From contig OX597820.1 of assembly GCA_951406725.2 (NCBI GenBank), forward strand, positions 51,150,001-51,214,000: a DNA stretch of 64,000 nucleotides. Reading direction: 5' to 3'. Below the pieces are notes generated by a model. The model worked only from the letters and a program-made list of their open reading frames with translations, ran no database searches and had not been told where the DNA came from. A program made the translations under genes and the position numbers. This DNA comes from Octopus vulgaris (lineage: Eukaryota). Shown here piece after piece: positions 1 to 13,791 of this stretch. The first letter of the stretch is position 1. Each line of letters starts with the position of its first letter.

Positions 1-613
1 TGATTATACATTACATGAATCCTCACGTATAGATCGATAATGTTGATAGTGTAAATAGCAACGGAGCACTATTCGATGGTATTTTCTGATGGTTGATTTC
101 AAGACTAGAAATTCCTCAACAAAAGACTACAGATCTATATATTCGATCTCATATAGATCACTTGGTTGATGGAAGCAGTGGTTCTGTTATGGAACTTTTG
201 ACATGGATAGAAGCTTATGTAATCCCTGGGAGTGTGATACTGGCACTAATGTGCTTGAATAGATTATGCATAACGTAGAACTACGTCCTTTGCGAGCCGA
301 TTGTCTGTGAAATATGGCACTTCGCACCTCCTTTGTTTCAGGTTTGCATAACATTTGCTTTCACACAAACTTCTCTGTGAAAATCGTAGAAAGCACCTCG
401 CCAACTGCACTATACTGATGTATACTTTTCTCACACTGGCTGTGTCTATTTCTCACGCAATGTATCACAGCTTTTTCTCTTCCTATTAAAACACTGTGCA
501 ATTAACTGATTTCTTAAACAATATCCCGCACACAAAACTGACCTTCACTTTCTTTACATACGCACACACACTCACACGCACGCACACAACCACACACCTA
601 TTTGTTATCTTCT

Positions 614-704
<91 letters not shown>

Positions 705-710
705 GTGTGT

Positions 711-996
711 GGAGGCGCAATGACCCAGTGGTTAGGGCAGTGGACTCGCGGTCGTAGGATCGTGGTTTTGATTCCCAGACCGGGCGTTGTGAGTGTTTAT
801 TGAGCGAAAACACCTAAAGATCCACGAGGCTCCGGCTGTACTCTTCCACCACAAATTTCTCTTACTCTTTCTTCTGTTGGCCTGCTCGCTTAGCCAGCGG
901 GGTGGCGTCATTGAAGGCTTAAACAATGCGAAGCGCATTGTGACCAGCGATGCGTAACAACATCTGGTGGCCTGGTCAGCCACGTGGTCACGTGAT
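711..996 (+). mobile_element. tRNA-derived SINE (family S1), near full length
   Basis: Head GGAGGCGCAATGACCCAGTGGTTAG (A-box-like) and GGTTTTGATTCCC (B-box-like). The 3' part (AAACAATGCGAAGCGCATTGTGACCAGCGATG...CACGTGAT) matches 25890-25966. Preceded by (TA)n(TG)n. Confidence 0.8.
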
Positions 997-2291
997 ATGT
1001 ATGTATGTATGCATATATATATGTACATGGAGGCGTATGTATACGCATATAGAGCATGTGACAATCATTTTACTTCCAATAAAATGAGTTTGATTATTTT
1101 CCAAGTGATTCTTTAGCATTTCCAATCGAGTTTCCATAAAACTGTGCGATTATAAGACTTACTTACCCTAAGGTACCATAATTGATATATTTCCCAACTA
1201 TCCTCCACCATAGCCGTATCTTCAGCAATTCGTTGTGAGTACAAACATAATATGTAACCGTGCTAAGGAACACACCATGTGTGTTGTTTTGTATTTTGTC
1301 AGTCAAATGACTGAAAAAAGTAAAAGAATAAAAGAATATATAAGCACGCTTGCACTCACACGCAGACACACATATACCCATGCATACGCATACACATACA
1401 CACATATATGGCGGAAATTTTCAGATGAATCTCTCAAATATCGATTTTTAATAATTACTATTTAGTCACTCAATATTTGGTCAGATGTCATCCCCAGACA
1501 TTGACCACTATTCATACATGCACGTTGGTGTCTATACTTTTCGGACATCACGTGCAATAATTATTTCATTATCTAATCCATGTCCTCTAACAACATGAAA
1601 TGTTATCTCCACATTTATCATGTCCATTTTTAAACATTACAAGAAATTAAAATATATTTTCCTATTCACAACTGGTCCAAATTATTTTCTAAAATTAAAC
1701 ATCTCTTCCTACTGATTGAATTTTACATTAATAAATATTAATGAAATGTGACTTGTAACTTCATTTGTAATCCACATTATCCAGTTTAGATTTCTTTAAA
1801 AGACGTACAGTTTATTCTATTTTATTTATTTTTCATTCTCTATCATATTTCTCATGATATGCCTTTAGTATTGACGATTATTTCCGTTTTCGGGTAGGAA
1901 ATTTATGAAGGAGAACATTGTAATGAAATTAGCGGGAAACAAAATCCACAAAAAATGTGTAAAATGAGGATGGCTCATAAACCACGTCACAGAAGTTGAA
2001 TTGGTTTTTACATTTATTTCACTATAATTAAGTGGTTCCTAGAGAGATTCCCTCTATAAGAGTTTGTTGAATTACATGGAACGGTTTTCGAAAATTTTGT
2101 GAGCTTTAATGATAGGGACATTAAGTGTTCCTGCAAAAGTTTAGAGCATTATGTAATGAATTACGCATGAGTTTAATTACTGTCGTATTACATACAAACG
2201 TGCATATATATATATATGCAAATACACACAAATATACACACACGTATGCAGGTACATGTATCCATCCATCTATCTATCTACCTTCTATCTA

Positions 2292-2322
<31 letters not shown>

Positions 2323-2899
2323 ATCTATCTATCTATCTATCTATCTTCTTATATTTGATTACTCGATAAAGAGGCGAAGTCAACATATTTTACTTTAGCG
2401 TAACAAAAGTAACGACGTATGGAAGTCATTATTTTTTCCTATTTCACAAAAAGAAACACTAAGTCAAACATAGACACATGTTTTCAATTTTGGATGGTAA
2501 GGCAACTTTATAAAACCTTGTAATTGCCTATTACCGATTTTATCATATCTCAAAGCGATTCAGAATTGGCACAGAAAAACAAAAACAGTATATTTTTCGA
2601 CAGCCTACTACTTCTATAATACCAAGTCCACATTTTCGTTAATACTAACTATTCATTAAGTTCATATGCACGAAGCCACACCAGTGTGTAGGAGAAATAA
2701 TGAATTACTTGTACGATTTTATCAAGCAGATACAACGATTTACCAAGCAAATACTACCTCAGCAAAACTTCGGATCAAAATACAAATTGATGTAACTACA
2801 CAATGCATAGTATTATATACTCTTTTCTCTTAACTCTTAGCAGTTAGATCCGTCAGTACTCTCAGTACAATAAGAAACAAGCCTTCTCCAAACATCTCG

Positions 2900-3040
2900 A
2901 TTGAATGCTTTCCTCTTAACCTACCGAAAACCCATCGCTCTCAAGTCATCCCGAAACGGCCTGCACCATCTCATCCTTTGCCTTCCACTCGATTTCTTTG
3001 CTCCTTTGGGCGTCCACTCTCTCACGACAGCACCATGTAT
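2900..3040 (-). mobile_element. RTE-type LINE C-terminal remnant
   Basis: Reverse strand translates VREWTPKGAKKSSGRQRMRW, matching the RTE C-terminal W-x-P-x-G-x-R-x-x-GR-x-x-x-RW pattern. Confidence 0.5.
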
Positions 3041-3579
3041 TTCCTGCAATAACTGAACAACTTAGTCAATGCAACGAACCCACCGCTTAATCATCACATT
3101 TTACAAAGTAGCACTGCTATCTCTTCTCATTCCTTTTTGTTTTCTTTCTTTTCCGGTACGAGTTGCCAGAATTGAACGTACACAACGTCAATGGAAAGCA
3201 TGCAACAAGTGGGAAATCTTCTGTGATGTTTTAAGGTTTCATAGGCGTGGTTGGTTGTTAGTCTATAAATAGATGACTATAACTACATGTTTATCTTCTG
3301 ATTGTAGGATTATTATTTGATTAATCAGGTAAAACAGGATAGGACGTTGAAGTTTGGCGAGATTTAAACTCATATCGTAAAGAAAATAATGCAACTAAGT
3401 ACCATCTAATTGATTACTTGATCCTTACATTCATAATTGGCTGGCAAATTATTTTATTGAAGATGCAGGTAGATTTGATTGAAGTGCTATATAAAAGCGT
3501 AAAACAAGGGCTTTTTATTCATAATCCAATGCTCTAGCGATATTGCAATTTAAAATCAGTATTAAAACAGTTTATAATC

Positions 3580-3760
3580 TTTGTTTCGGCACAATGGTCC
3601 GAGTGACTTTCTGACGTAATTTGTTTCGGTTATTTATCTCCAGAATTCCCATCTCGCAGCAGGCATCTTTGACTTTCATCTTATCAGAGTGAATAACAAT
3701 GTATTAGCAAGGTACCGAGTAGCCATTTACCATTAACTTTCTGGTCTTGTGCCTTTATCA
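3580..3760 (+). mobile_element. Degenerate SINE (family S3)
   Basis: CTTTGACTTTCATC...TCTGGTCTTGTGCC resembles the S3 copies at 5365-5557 and 58786-59468. Confidence 0.45.
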
Positions 3761-4288
3761 TTATGAATAATATTAATTATTGCAATGTAGCAAATGGAAT
3801 TATTCAGATATTGTTATTCGATAATTACGTATGACATAATCTTATATAGTATAAAATCGCATTAATCCGTACTGTACCATGATATACACAAGAAAATTTA
3901 TATTTCAGACTATTTACACGGTGATATTTCATATCTTTTATTAAAATAAATATTTTTACGGAACAAAGAAAAATCTGCCTCTAAAAACCATTGACCGCAT
4001 ATTATATGTGCGCAGTAAATTATTTTTCCTGGCGTTATGTAGTCTAAAATTACAATCTAAATAGCTTTTTAATGGCTTTTCTTGTGCGTTGGTATTCGTA
4101 CACGTGTTTAAAACGGCTGTGTAAACTATTTAAACATGAATTTATAAAGCCCTGAGCGTAAAGAAACAACATTTCGTTGCTTTGAACAAACGAACGCAAA
4201 CGTGCTTGAAAAGAAAAGTTAGCAAAAGAAATACATTTGATTTTTAAAGAAAATAACTATGGAATCCGATATATATATATAAATACAC

Positions 4289-4423
<135 letters not shown>

Positions 4424-5194
4424 TGAACTGGTAAGAACCCAGCCACACACGATAGATACACACATAAACAGAAAGCGCATCATGTATGCTTTTCCAAATG
4501 CGATACAATCATTTATACACAAACGCACGTACACACACATATATTTACACAAGTGTATATATATATATATATAATCACTTTTGTGTCCGCTTCCGTGTAG
4601 CGTCGGTGTGCATGAATGTAGTGGGTATATATGTGTATCTTTCTATACGTTAATCTAGTTTATGCATCTACATGTGTAAATTTCCTAGATACTGCTGATC
4701 ATTATATGGCCCTTCAGATTCTAGGTGAACATAACAACCAAATTATTGTTGAAAATTAAGATAGCGATGTTGTCAGGAACATAATTTGCCGAGTGAAAAT
4801 GCCTTCGATGTAGAATACATTTTACCTGTTCTCCCATCAATTATTTAAGTCTGTAGTTTGCTTAAAATTCACAGAATGTTATAACAAAAATTCAGGTAAA
4901 TGCTGTATTTGAACAACATAAACGTGCTGACGGCCATTCGGAAAAAAGCCTAGCCAGTTAGTCAACAAAACGGTTTAATGCTACATATAAAGCAATGGTT
5001 TGCAACATGTTGACTATTTGTTTTGTCATCATAAAAGACGAAAAAAATGTAACTTCAAAAACATAAATAATATATAAAACCAACACCAGTGTACTTTCAA
5101 ATTATGTTGTTAAGCAACAGCTGAAAATGAAAAAGAAAAAAAAATGTTCAACTACTATCCAAATGCAGTGAAGACAAAGAAAGTAAGAGAACGC

Positions 5195-5345
5195 CAGTAT
5201 TCCAACGTTTTCGTCTAATATGTAGGTTGAGAACCATCAATAAGATATACATGCAGCTAATTGCTTCCATTGTTATACCAACAACCACCTACGCCTGTGA
5301 AACCCGGAAAAAATAGCGAATATCTCTCAATTGCTGACGATTTTT
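5195..5345 (+). mobile_element. RTE-type LINE reverse transcriptase remnant
   Basis: Translates IASIVIPTTTYACETR, matching the RTE L-x-YGCETW motif, with frameshifts around it. Confidence 0.5.
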
Positions 5346-5364
5346 ATTGCTCTGTTGTTATTCG

Positions 5365-5557
5365 TTGAGAGCTTGTAGAATTGTTAGCCCATAAGGAAAA
5401 TTTTTACCAGTGACTTACTTTATTATATGAAATATTGTCGGGGACATCTTTGCCTTTTATCCTTCTAGGTACATCCAGCTGAACACGGGGTTCCATGTAA
5501 TCGACTTGCACCCTACTCCAAAATTGCTGGCCCTGAGCCAAAATTGAAGCCAATATT
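5365..5557 (+). mobile_element. Degenerate SINE (family S3)
   Basis: AGAATTGTTAGC head, CTTTGCCTTTTATCCTT core, ATGTAATCGACTT and AAATTGCTGGCCCTGAGCCAAAATTGAA tail, shared with 58786-59468. Confidence 0.6.
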
Positions 5558-6249
5558 TTTGAATCTTTAGATGCTAAATCCTTAAAGAAAAATACGGAAG
5601 TGGACGCAAATCCAAGTGGAAAGCGTTTTTGGCAGGGATTATATTACCCGGTATAACCATTACACAATACCACACTTAAACCCATATAGGTTATTTTCTA
5701 ATTCAATTTTAGTAAATCATATGTAATCTGAAACTGGTTCATGCGTCTGGTATTAAAAAAAAATTCTATCTGTTATTTGAATGTATTCTACCTAAAACTC
5801 ACACACAGCATAGTATTGCAATACTCTCGGTACATTTATGTATATTCTGGACGTTTCGTTACATATTGCTTTTTATTTCCTTTAATGATAACGAAGCAAG
5901 TAAGGTCATAATTTAGTTCCACTTCAAACACCAACATTTTGCTTATCTAATTCCCCAGAGTGTTATACTTGGGTGTATTCAAGATTTCTTTCATATATAA
6001 TATTTTATTTTCGAATTGACTCATCCAATATTTATCCTAATTAATCTAATTTCTCCACCTGGGAATCTAGAATGAAACATAGTAAATTGATTATATTAGT
6101 CATTCTCATTGTATATATTTACAATTAATTGCCATTCGGTGAAGCAATTAGTGGTATAAATACTGGATTATGTATCTGGATATGTTGTTCAATATATGTA
6201 AGACATAACCTTATTGTGATTGAACTGTTTATATATAAACTCGGGTAGC

Positions 6250-8170
6250 CATAATCAATATCGTCATTCTTTAAAACCTCTTCATATCTAATATATAATC
6301 TAAAACCTCCTTCATTAAAATTTGTGTCTTTGATCTGAGGCCGTCATCAAAACTTGTGTTGATTATTCATTTAATAAATCTATAAATTTGTTGGTAAACT
6401 CTTTAATAGCTGTTTTGTACGCTGTTTGCATACGTCATTAAAAACGAAGTATTTTCTTTAATCTGAGCTCTGTATGTTGCCTCTAAGCTCAATTGTTTTA
6501 ATGCTGAAGATGATTGAATATAATTTATTTTACTTAAATGTTACCTTGACAAAATTTTCTGAAATTAATCTCAGATAACTTCCTCGAGCGTACCTCTCGT
6601 GCACGTTGTTGATTTTCCTCTTGTTTAGCATATATAATGCACAATTTGAAGTCATTAGTGGAGAGTTTGTGGTTTCCTCCTCATATCATTTGCATCAGAT
6701 TCCTGTTTGGAATAACATTTTCGTTTAATGTGATAGTAATAGTAAAGAAACAGCTAAGAGATCTATTAAGAAAAACAGAGTGAGAGAGAGGGAAAAACCC
6801 GCACTCCGTAAATTATTCCCGGGCTAATAGAAAATGTTTTAGCTTTTCGTAATTGTTTACTTCATCTCTAGCTGCAACATCATTTGCCATTTCTGCGGGT
6901 TGTGTTCGATGTGCGTGTTTATTAATACAGCTACCTTAATCATAGTTAATGTTTCCTAAACTAGTGAAGGAAGAATACTCCCAAAGCACTTCTGTTAGTC
7001 AATGCGTGCCATATTCAGTCAGGTTTTTTCCATTACTGTTATATATCTGTTGGTCATTAACAGGTTTTACAACATATGGATCTTTGTACATTCATTATTT
7101 AAATTTCAAAGGGAGACATCTTTTGTGCCATCATGTGTCCCTGAATAATTATAGCAGTTAAGAGTCTATTCTTTTCTGATGAATATTTTTGTATCATATT
7201 ATTAGGATTTAAGATGGATTCATCTCTATGCAACATTATACTACGTTTATAAATCTTTCATTGTATGATAAAATATATTTCCCTCCGTACATTACGTTCT
7301 TAATGCACATTTCAACCAATATGTTGGACTTTTTTTAATACTAATGTATGAACTGATACTCACCTATTTTCAAGAGCAAAACCTTTATTTTTTCTAATTT
7401 CCAAAGCATGCCGATGTAATACAAATAAAATATGTTTGGTTTGCTTATGATCGTATATTGATTTCAGAACTGATTTAAGACACATTTAAGTTGGCATTAA
7501 ACTACTTGTTCCTTTTACCTAGAATACTTTGATACTATTTAGAACAGAAGCTTAGCAGTTTAAGGAGAGTCTCTATTTTAGGCGATCTTGCTTGCGTGTC
7601 TTTTTTTGAAAACTGAGGTGTTGGTGGTATTGTTATGCATATTTTTCATATGGTGTTTCGGTGATGTCATTTACGACTTTTAAAGATCTTTATACGCTTT
7701 GTTTTTTATATGTATTCACTTTCCAAACATTTCTTTCCTCTTTTCTCTTCCTAAGTGAGTTCTTTGGAAAAAATAAATAACTTATTTTTAAGTAAAAGTA
7801 TTGTGGTTGGTGCAGAGCCTATTTGTTTATTCGGTGATATTAATATTAACACTTTGTTCCCGAGAATGTATAATATAAGGTGGAAATATGGTATTCCTTT
7901 CATAACAGCATTATGGTCTGTTGAACTGTTAGGGTCGTGCTCCCATATTGAGGTCATGTGTAATGGAAAACTTTTAAGGAGGTTATATAGTTGCATTAAG
8001 TTAATACGACTTTAGAAGCTTATACGGTTCTTTATTTAGATTAACATTATTTGCGTCATGCATCAGGTTAATTAATTTCAAGGGGTGTTGAGTTTTAGAA
8101 ATGCTATTTTACATACTGTTTATACCTCTTGATCAATACATGGTTATGTTCCAATACGAATTTTGTAATG
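6250..8170 (-). mobile_element. Very decayed Penelope-like element remnant(s)
   Basis: Scattered reverse-strand peptide traces: DLNMGA (FDVTMG-like), NKLYSIIFSIKTIEL (KLxKIFNxNTVKLSY-like) and a GLTE-like stretch. Heavily interrupted by stops and frameshifts. Confidence 0.3.
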
Positions 8171-9170
8171 TTTAACCTTTAATGCAGGGAGGGTGAACAC
8201 CATTACTAATTAATTTTTGCTCAATTGCAGTGGAGTGTCTTTTCTACCTTGCTTTCTCTTCATTACTCGATTAAATTATTGGTCAGCAACCGCGCTGGGA
8301 AGCACCTGAAAGAGTTTAGCCAAACAAATTGACCCAGTAATTTATTTTAATTCTGGTACAATAACGATCTATTTTGTAAATCACGAATTAAACAGGAAAG
8401 AAAATAAACCACTACCAGAGACGAACGCAAATACAAAGCACACAGACTTGCATATATACAAGCACATACGTACATGCATATACACACTTATACATCCATA
8501 CATATATAATGTGTTTGTGTGCATGCATATATAGAACAGATAGTGAGGGCTTATCAATCGGGGCAGAATCTTTTATAAGCTCACTGATTGCACACCAGGC
8601 TAACAATATTACCTAGCTATGTAAAGAAATCCAAAATAATCTTTTGAGCAAGGTGCCAAGTTATGTATGCAAATCAATAGATAGGCTTCAGATAAACTGA
8701 TATTTACAGTGTGATATATAAGACACAAGTTAAAAATAATGGTCATTACTTATAATTCCTTTATTAGACCAAATTTTGCTTATAGCTGTTTCCAGTAGTC
8801 ATTATAGATAAGTTTGCTCAATTGGTCTATTGATCAATTGAGGTAAATTGAAAGACTTTTCGTCAGTGCGATTACTGAAATAACAAGCACAGAACTTGAA
8901 GAATGGCTACTGCATGGGAAAAGTGGAGGAAGATTGGAATGTTTAAGTGGAATAGTTGAAGGCAATTTCAATGTAGTGTTAGCAATTGAGGGAGTAGAAG
9001 TAGCAGTATTATTATTCGTAATAGCAGGAGTATTGTATTGCCAGATTTAGAAGAGGGACAATCACATAGGTCAGCGACCTTTATCATTTTGGCATTGTAT
9101 ATAGGTGAGATACTCTCCAGCCATATATGTAAGTGTGTGCGTGTGTACGTATATGTGTGCGTGCATATAT

Positions 9171-9337
<167 letters not shown>

Positions 9338-9890
9338 TATGCTCTGATGCAGTACCAGGCAGTGGTTCCCATGATTTTGACCTTAACTCACTGTAAGAAT
9401 TCTCACGTACATTGTTTTGTCTTCGTATAAAATATGGGCTACAGCAAATATACAGGTCAATACCACAGATTTGCTTGTCTGTTGTTTGACCATACCCAGT
9501 TTAGCATGTCCCATAATAGCTGACGATATGTTCATTTCTGATCACGAGCAGAAATACTGGGGAAGCATCATACCCATGTACTGAGAGGAATTCTATTCCA
9601 TTTGAATAATTCGTCTCTGGTAACATGGGTGGTTTGTTCATTCTTAAAGTAAACCTTATTCAGGGGACTTTTGATTGAGATGGGCTATTCGTCCTGACGA
9701 AAATTCTAACTGAGCCCCACATGCAATGTCATGCATTGTTTATTTTGATATGAGATAACCATGTCACGCACATATGATTGTGATCCATTTTATGGTGTAC
9801 GCTTATCGGACGGGTAGTCATAATGAGTATACCAGTCATCGTATATTATACCCTAGTGTCATGTTGGCATGCACTGCTCTCTCACTGAAT
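9338..9890. mobile_element. ~550 bp non-coding interspersed repeat bracketed by AAT/GAT repeats
   Basis: GC-richer block starting GCTCTGATGCAGTACCAGGCAGTGG and ending GCACTGCTCTCTCACT, with trinucleotide repeats directly on both sides. It resembles a repeat I recall from octopus DNA. No ORF. Confidence 0.5.
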
Positions 9891-9926
9891 GATAATAATA
9901 ATAATTATCATCATCATCATCATAAG

Positions 9927-9974
<48 letters not shown>
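9891..9974. repeat. (AAT)n-(CAT)n microsatellite at the junction of two elements
   Basis: Directly visible. Confidence 0.95.
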
Positions 9975-10812
9975 TGCCTTTGCACACCTACTAACTCTGA
10001 GGATGTACCACGGTGTCAAATGTTAACTACCAGTGAAGTAAGGTAACATCCCCTATTTTTCAAGCACCTTCCGAAGTATTCGAGCGGTTCCAAGCAGTGC
10101 TGTTTTCTGCAAATGCTCCACTCTTATTGCAGCCCCTATTTCTCCCAAGTACTTCTCAAAATTTTTACGCACAGTTTCCAGGGCTCCGACAATTTATTTC
10201 TATTGCTACCACCTTTTTTATCGACCGCAACTTCTTAACCACCCACGCTAGCCTGTCATAGCTATCGACGTTTCTTTCTTCTTTATCGCATAACATGTTG
10301 TCTGCTGGGCATGCTATGTCTATGATCCAGCATCGTTTGTTTTCTTCCTCAATTAACACTATGACTGGCTTCCTACTCTCTACCACATGGATGCGCAGAA
10401 TCATAAAATCGCATATGATCTTTGCATTATCCTTGTCGATGATGCCTTCGGTTTTACGTTCGTACAAATTTGTGCTCTGTCAAGACTATAATTGTTTCAA
10501 AAATATCCAATGGACAACCCTTGCTATATTGTCATGAGCTCTCTTATATTCTTTCTGGGCTAGGGGCGTTCATTGACTGGCAATATGCCATACGGTTTCA
10601 CCATTTTGTCCGCAGATTCTGCATTTATTACTTTCTCAATATGTTGTCTATTCTGCATTTCATTTAGTTCGTTCTTATTGCTAGCTCTTTGGCAGCACAT
10701 ATTAGAGCCTCCCTTTCCGGTCTTAAATCACTTTTAGTCATCCATAGCCATCTTTTTTCTCTGTCTGTCTTATCTTCAACATCCCTATGAAATTGTCCAT
10801 GCATTCTTTTCG
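9975..10812 (-). mobile_element. 5'-truncated R4/Dong-like non-LTR retrotransposon with a restriction-like endonuclease (RLE), pseudogenised
   Basis: Reverse strand reads MHGQFHRDVEDKTDREKRWLW...ALICAAKELAIRTN*, then the zinc knuckle KCRICGQNGETVWHIASQ* (last Cys lost) and YKRAHDNIARVVHW. The RLE follows (RKPVIVLIEEENKRCWIIDIACPAD...KEE; ORF 10165-10467), ending VEHLQKTALLGTARILRKVLEK*. A short 3'UTR runs into (GAT)n. Confidence 0.9.
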
Positions 10813-12364
10813 TTGCACCAGCGACATAATATGAATCGGAAGAAGGTTATAAAGCAGAACCCAAATACTCTTTGTAAAATTTACTTTTTTTATAAATAAC
10901 TATAGATTATTAATTACCAACGTAGCAGTACTAAATATTCATACCATTATAAGAAAACCAACTGAAAATCATAAATATCACCCCCAATTAGATGTGGAAT
11001 TAAAAACAATATAGCAGATAAAGGACGTAGTCATCATGTAATGCATAATTATTATAATGGGATTGATACAAAGTCGTTTGTAAAACATCTATAAATTAAC
11101 TTGAAGGATATTCATAGGCACGTAGCACAAAGTAACTATACCAGTGTTTTTAAATATATTGAGAACATTCCCAAAGAGTATTTGCTTTTATAATTTGAAC
11201 ACTTTTGTGCATGTTTTACCTAATTTCTTTGATGCTTGAATATTAAGTTTTGTTGTTTTCAATATTATTAATGAAAAAATCAAATAACAACAGATGTGAG
11301 AAATGCCTTTCCCTACTTTCATCGACATTGTTCTAGCTACAATAATTAAAGTGGAATTTGCTTATTTACATACATCCCACGGATGCACCTTTTAGGTGTA
11401 TCTTTAGCATTTCATTAATGTAGTTTTGATCACGTCGACATTAAAACGAAGTTTATTCAACATATAACACTATTGCTATTTAGTTCGTGTACACCGGATT
11501 ATTTGAACTTTGAAGCGAATATACTATTCCTGGTTGGTTATTTCCCTCAAAGCATTCACACATAAGTATTATCTACTGCGGTAGTATCATCAGCGAACAT
11601 CTCACTATAATGTGTTCTAATAATACATCCACGTTAAGCATATTATACAGATTGCTATTCGATAGTAATACTGCTTTCGCCGTTAATATTTATGTATTTT
11701 AAAGAGACTATTGTTTATTTGCGACACCAGTGACTTGATGGCTTGGTTGGCATGCAGGGAACGGACACCTGTCATTCACGAAATGCATGTTGGTTGAACT
11801 TAGTCGATTTGATAGTTCCGGTGATCAATCCAGCCGATTCCTTTCTTCTAGCAATATTTGTCTGCTCTAAACACTATCAAATTTTGTCAAAGGATCCCTG
11901 ACGTTGAATTCTGCAATGTACATTGTTGTGATAATTTATCTACGTGAAGTAACACACGAAGACTGATAGCGATAAATATATTTTAAACTCTTATTCAATA
12001 GACTTTTGATTGTTTCCACCTCTCATCTGCCTGAATATTCAGGACAGAATCTAATACGTATAGTAATATTTCAGCTATTGTACAATTTCAGAATGATTCC
12101 ATTTATACTTTAGCTAAAATACCGGATTAACAGAGGTTGCGTATACGCTATTAATGTAATTAACATTTCTATAAGTGTGTAAAAGAGTTAGCATCTATCT
12201 TGCAGAATTAGAAATACACCACAGTTCTGTAGTATAGGCACTGGAGTGAGCCAAGGCAAATGGAGAACTGTCTTATGAAAAACGTGTGACAGCATTAACG
12301 GGAATTGTATGTTCGGAATTAAGCATCTTTTGGCCAACTCCTGAACATATTATTGATGCGGAAC

Positions 12365-12505
12365 AGTTTTAGCTTACATTATTTACATCATTTATATTTG
12401 ATGGATATTTGTCCTCATCTTGTTTGTTGTTATACCCTCCAGCCTTCATCATATATATTTTGAAACCGGGTTCTCATTCCTAAGGTATTTTTTCGATGTT
12501 GTTGT
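12365..12505 (-). mobile_element. PLE-type short repeat (HHR family A), left inverted arm, internally deleted
   Basis: Reverse complement of 12755-12900 (GGATATTTGTCCTCATCTTGTTTGTTGTTA, ATACCCTCCAGCCTTCATCA). Also matches 55051-55232. Confidence 0.75.
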
Positions 12506-12539
12506 TCTACTACTACTACTAGTAGTAGTACTGCTGCTG

Positions 12540-12571
<32 letters not shown>

Positions 12572-12677
12572 GTTGCTGCTACTGCTGCTGCTACTACTAC
12601 TACTACTACTACTACTACTGCTACTACTACTACTACTACTGCTGCTACTACTACAACCATCACTACTACTACTACTC

Positions 12678-12740
<63 letters not shown>

Positions 12741-12754
12741 ATAATAATAATAAT
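12506..12754. repeat. (CTA)n/(CTG)n trinucleotide microsatellite ending in (AAT)n
   Basis: Directly visible; explains the poly-Leu and poly-Val ORFs. Confidence 0.95.
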
Positions 12755-12935
12755 ATCGAAAAAGCACTATCTAGGTTCGAAATTTCCCCAAGACACCTGA
12801 TGAAGCCTGGAGGGTATATCAGCCGAAACATTGCGTTAACAACAAACAAGATGAGAACAAATATCCGTCAAATGTTAATAAGGTAAATGTTGTAAATAAC
12901 GTACATAATTTCTCATCTCTTAGATATACAACAGT
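12755..12935 (+). mobile_element. PLE-type short repeat (HHR family A) with a degenerate minimal hammerhead
   Basis: GACAC-CTGATGA-A-GCCTG-GAGGGTATAT-CAGCC-GAAAC-ATT-GCGTT at 12792-12837 has the HHR core CUGAUGA...GAAA. Homologues at 12365-12505 and 55051-55232. Confidence 0.7.
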
Positions 12936-13169
12936 TTTAGATATTCATTGAATATTTCTTTCTTTCATCAGTATACAAAGGCTAAGAGAAACTTAAAATA
13001 ACTTCAAAGCAACTTTGAAGCAAATGCGAAGAAGTATAGGATATATCTTTTATATGATCAATCATAATCATTAGCAATCTAGGATATTGATACTAGTTTT
13101 CTTATATAAGTTATTAATACATTCAATCATAATGAATTATTAATTATGTTTTTCTTTCTTTTGTTTCAG

Positions 13170-13791
13170 AAAGAAAATGCCGGCAACTATAGATGGGCAG
13201 ATGACAATTGAAAAGACGCCGAGTTATTTTATAACAAAAGAGGTTCCAAAAAGGATCTTCAACATGTCCAAAGAGATGAAAATTCTTGTAATCGTTCGCG
13301 ATCCAGTCACAAGAGCCATTTCTGATTACACGCAACTTGCTTCAAAACGTATGAATCAGATGAAACGCTTCGAAGAACTGGCATTCCTTAATACCTCAAC
13401 TAGAATTGTCGACACAAGTCGAAATATAATTCGGATCGGGGTCTACGCAAAATTCTTGGAGCGATGGCTTCATTACTTTCCTCTATCTCAGATGCATTTT
13501 GTAAGTGGTGAACAATTGATATCTGATCCTGCGCAAGAACTTAGCTTAGTGCAAGATTTTCTTGGATTAAAAAGGATCATTTCTGAGAAACATTTTTACT
13601 TTAACGAGACAAAAGGTTTCCCTTGTGTGAAAAAGGCTGAGGGAAGCGGTCATCCACATTGTTTGGGTAAGACGAAAGGAAGGCCTCATCCAACTGTAGA
13701 TCCGACAATATTAAAGCGACTGAGAGATTTTTATAGGCCGTTTAATACAAAGTTCTACCAAATGGTTAATAGGAATTTTCGTTGGCCATGA
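13170..13791 (+). CDS. HS3ST: Terminal coding exon of heparan sulfate glucosamine 3-O-sulfotransferase (HS3ST2/3/4/6 / Hs3st-B type); partial gene
   Basis: Polypyrimidine acceptor TTTTTCTTTCTTTTGTTTCAG ends at 13169. The phase-2 entry would complete the conserved WYR codon, followed by KKMP. Motifs: TIEKTPSYF, the 3'-phosphate-binding [26 protein letters not shown] and [13 protein letters not shown] (disulfide Cys pair), ending FRWP-TGA. The 5'-PSB motif (GVKKGGT) is not in the window. Confidence 0.95.

Noticed and set aside
711-785. tRNA gene
   Set aside because: A and B boxes are present but there is no proper cloverleaf or terminator; it continues into a SINE body. The same applies to 27052, 46830 and 60156.
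13177-13179. ATG as the start of a 204 aa single-exon sulfotransferase
   Set aside because: The protein would lack the TM anchor and 5'-PSB motif, and a strong splice acceptor lies 8 nt upstream.
13170-13791. Idea that this enzyme makes the unusual 3-O-sulfated chondroitin reported from cephalopods
   Set aside because: The sequence has canonical HS3ST motifs and nothing indicates changed specificity.
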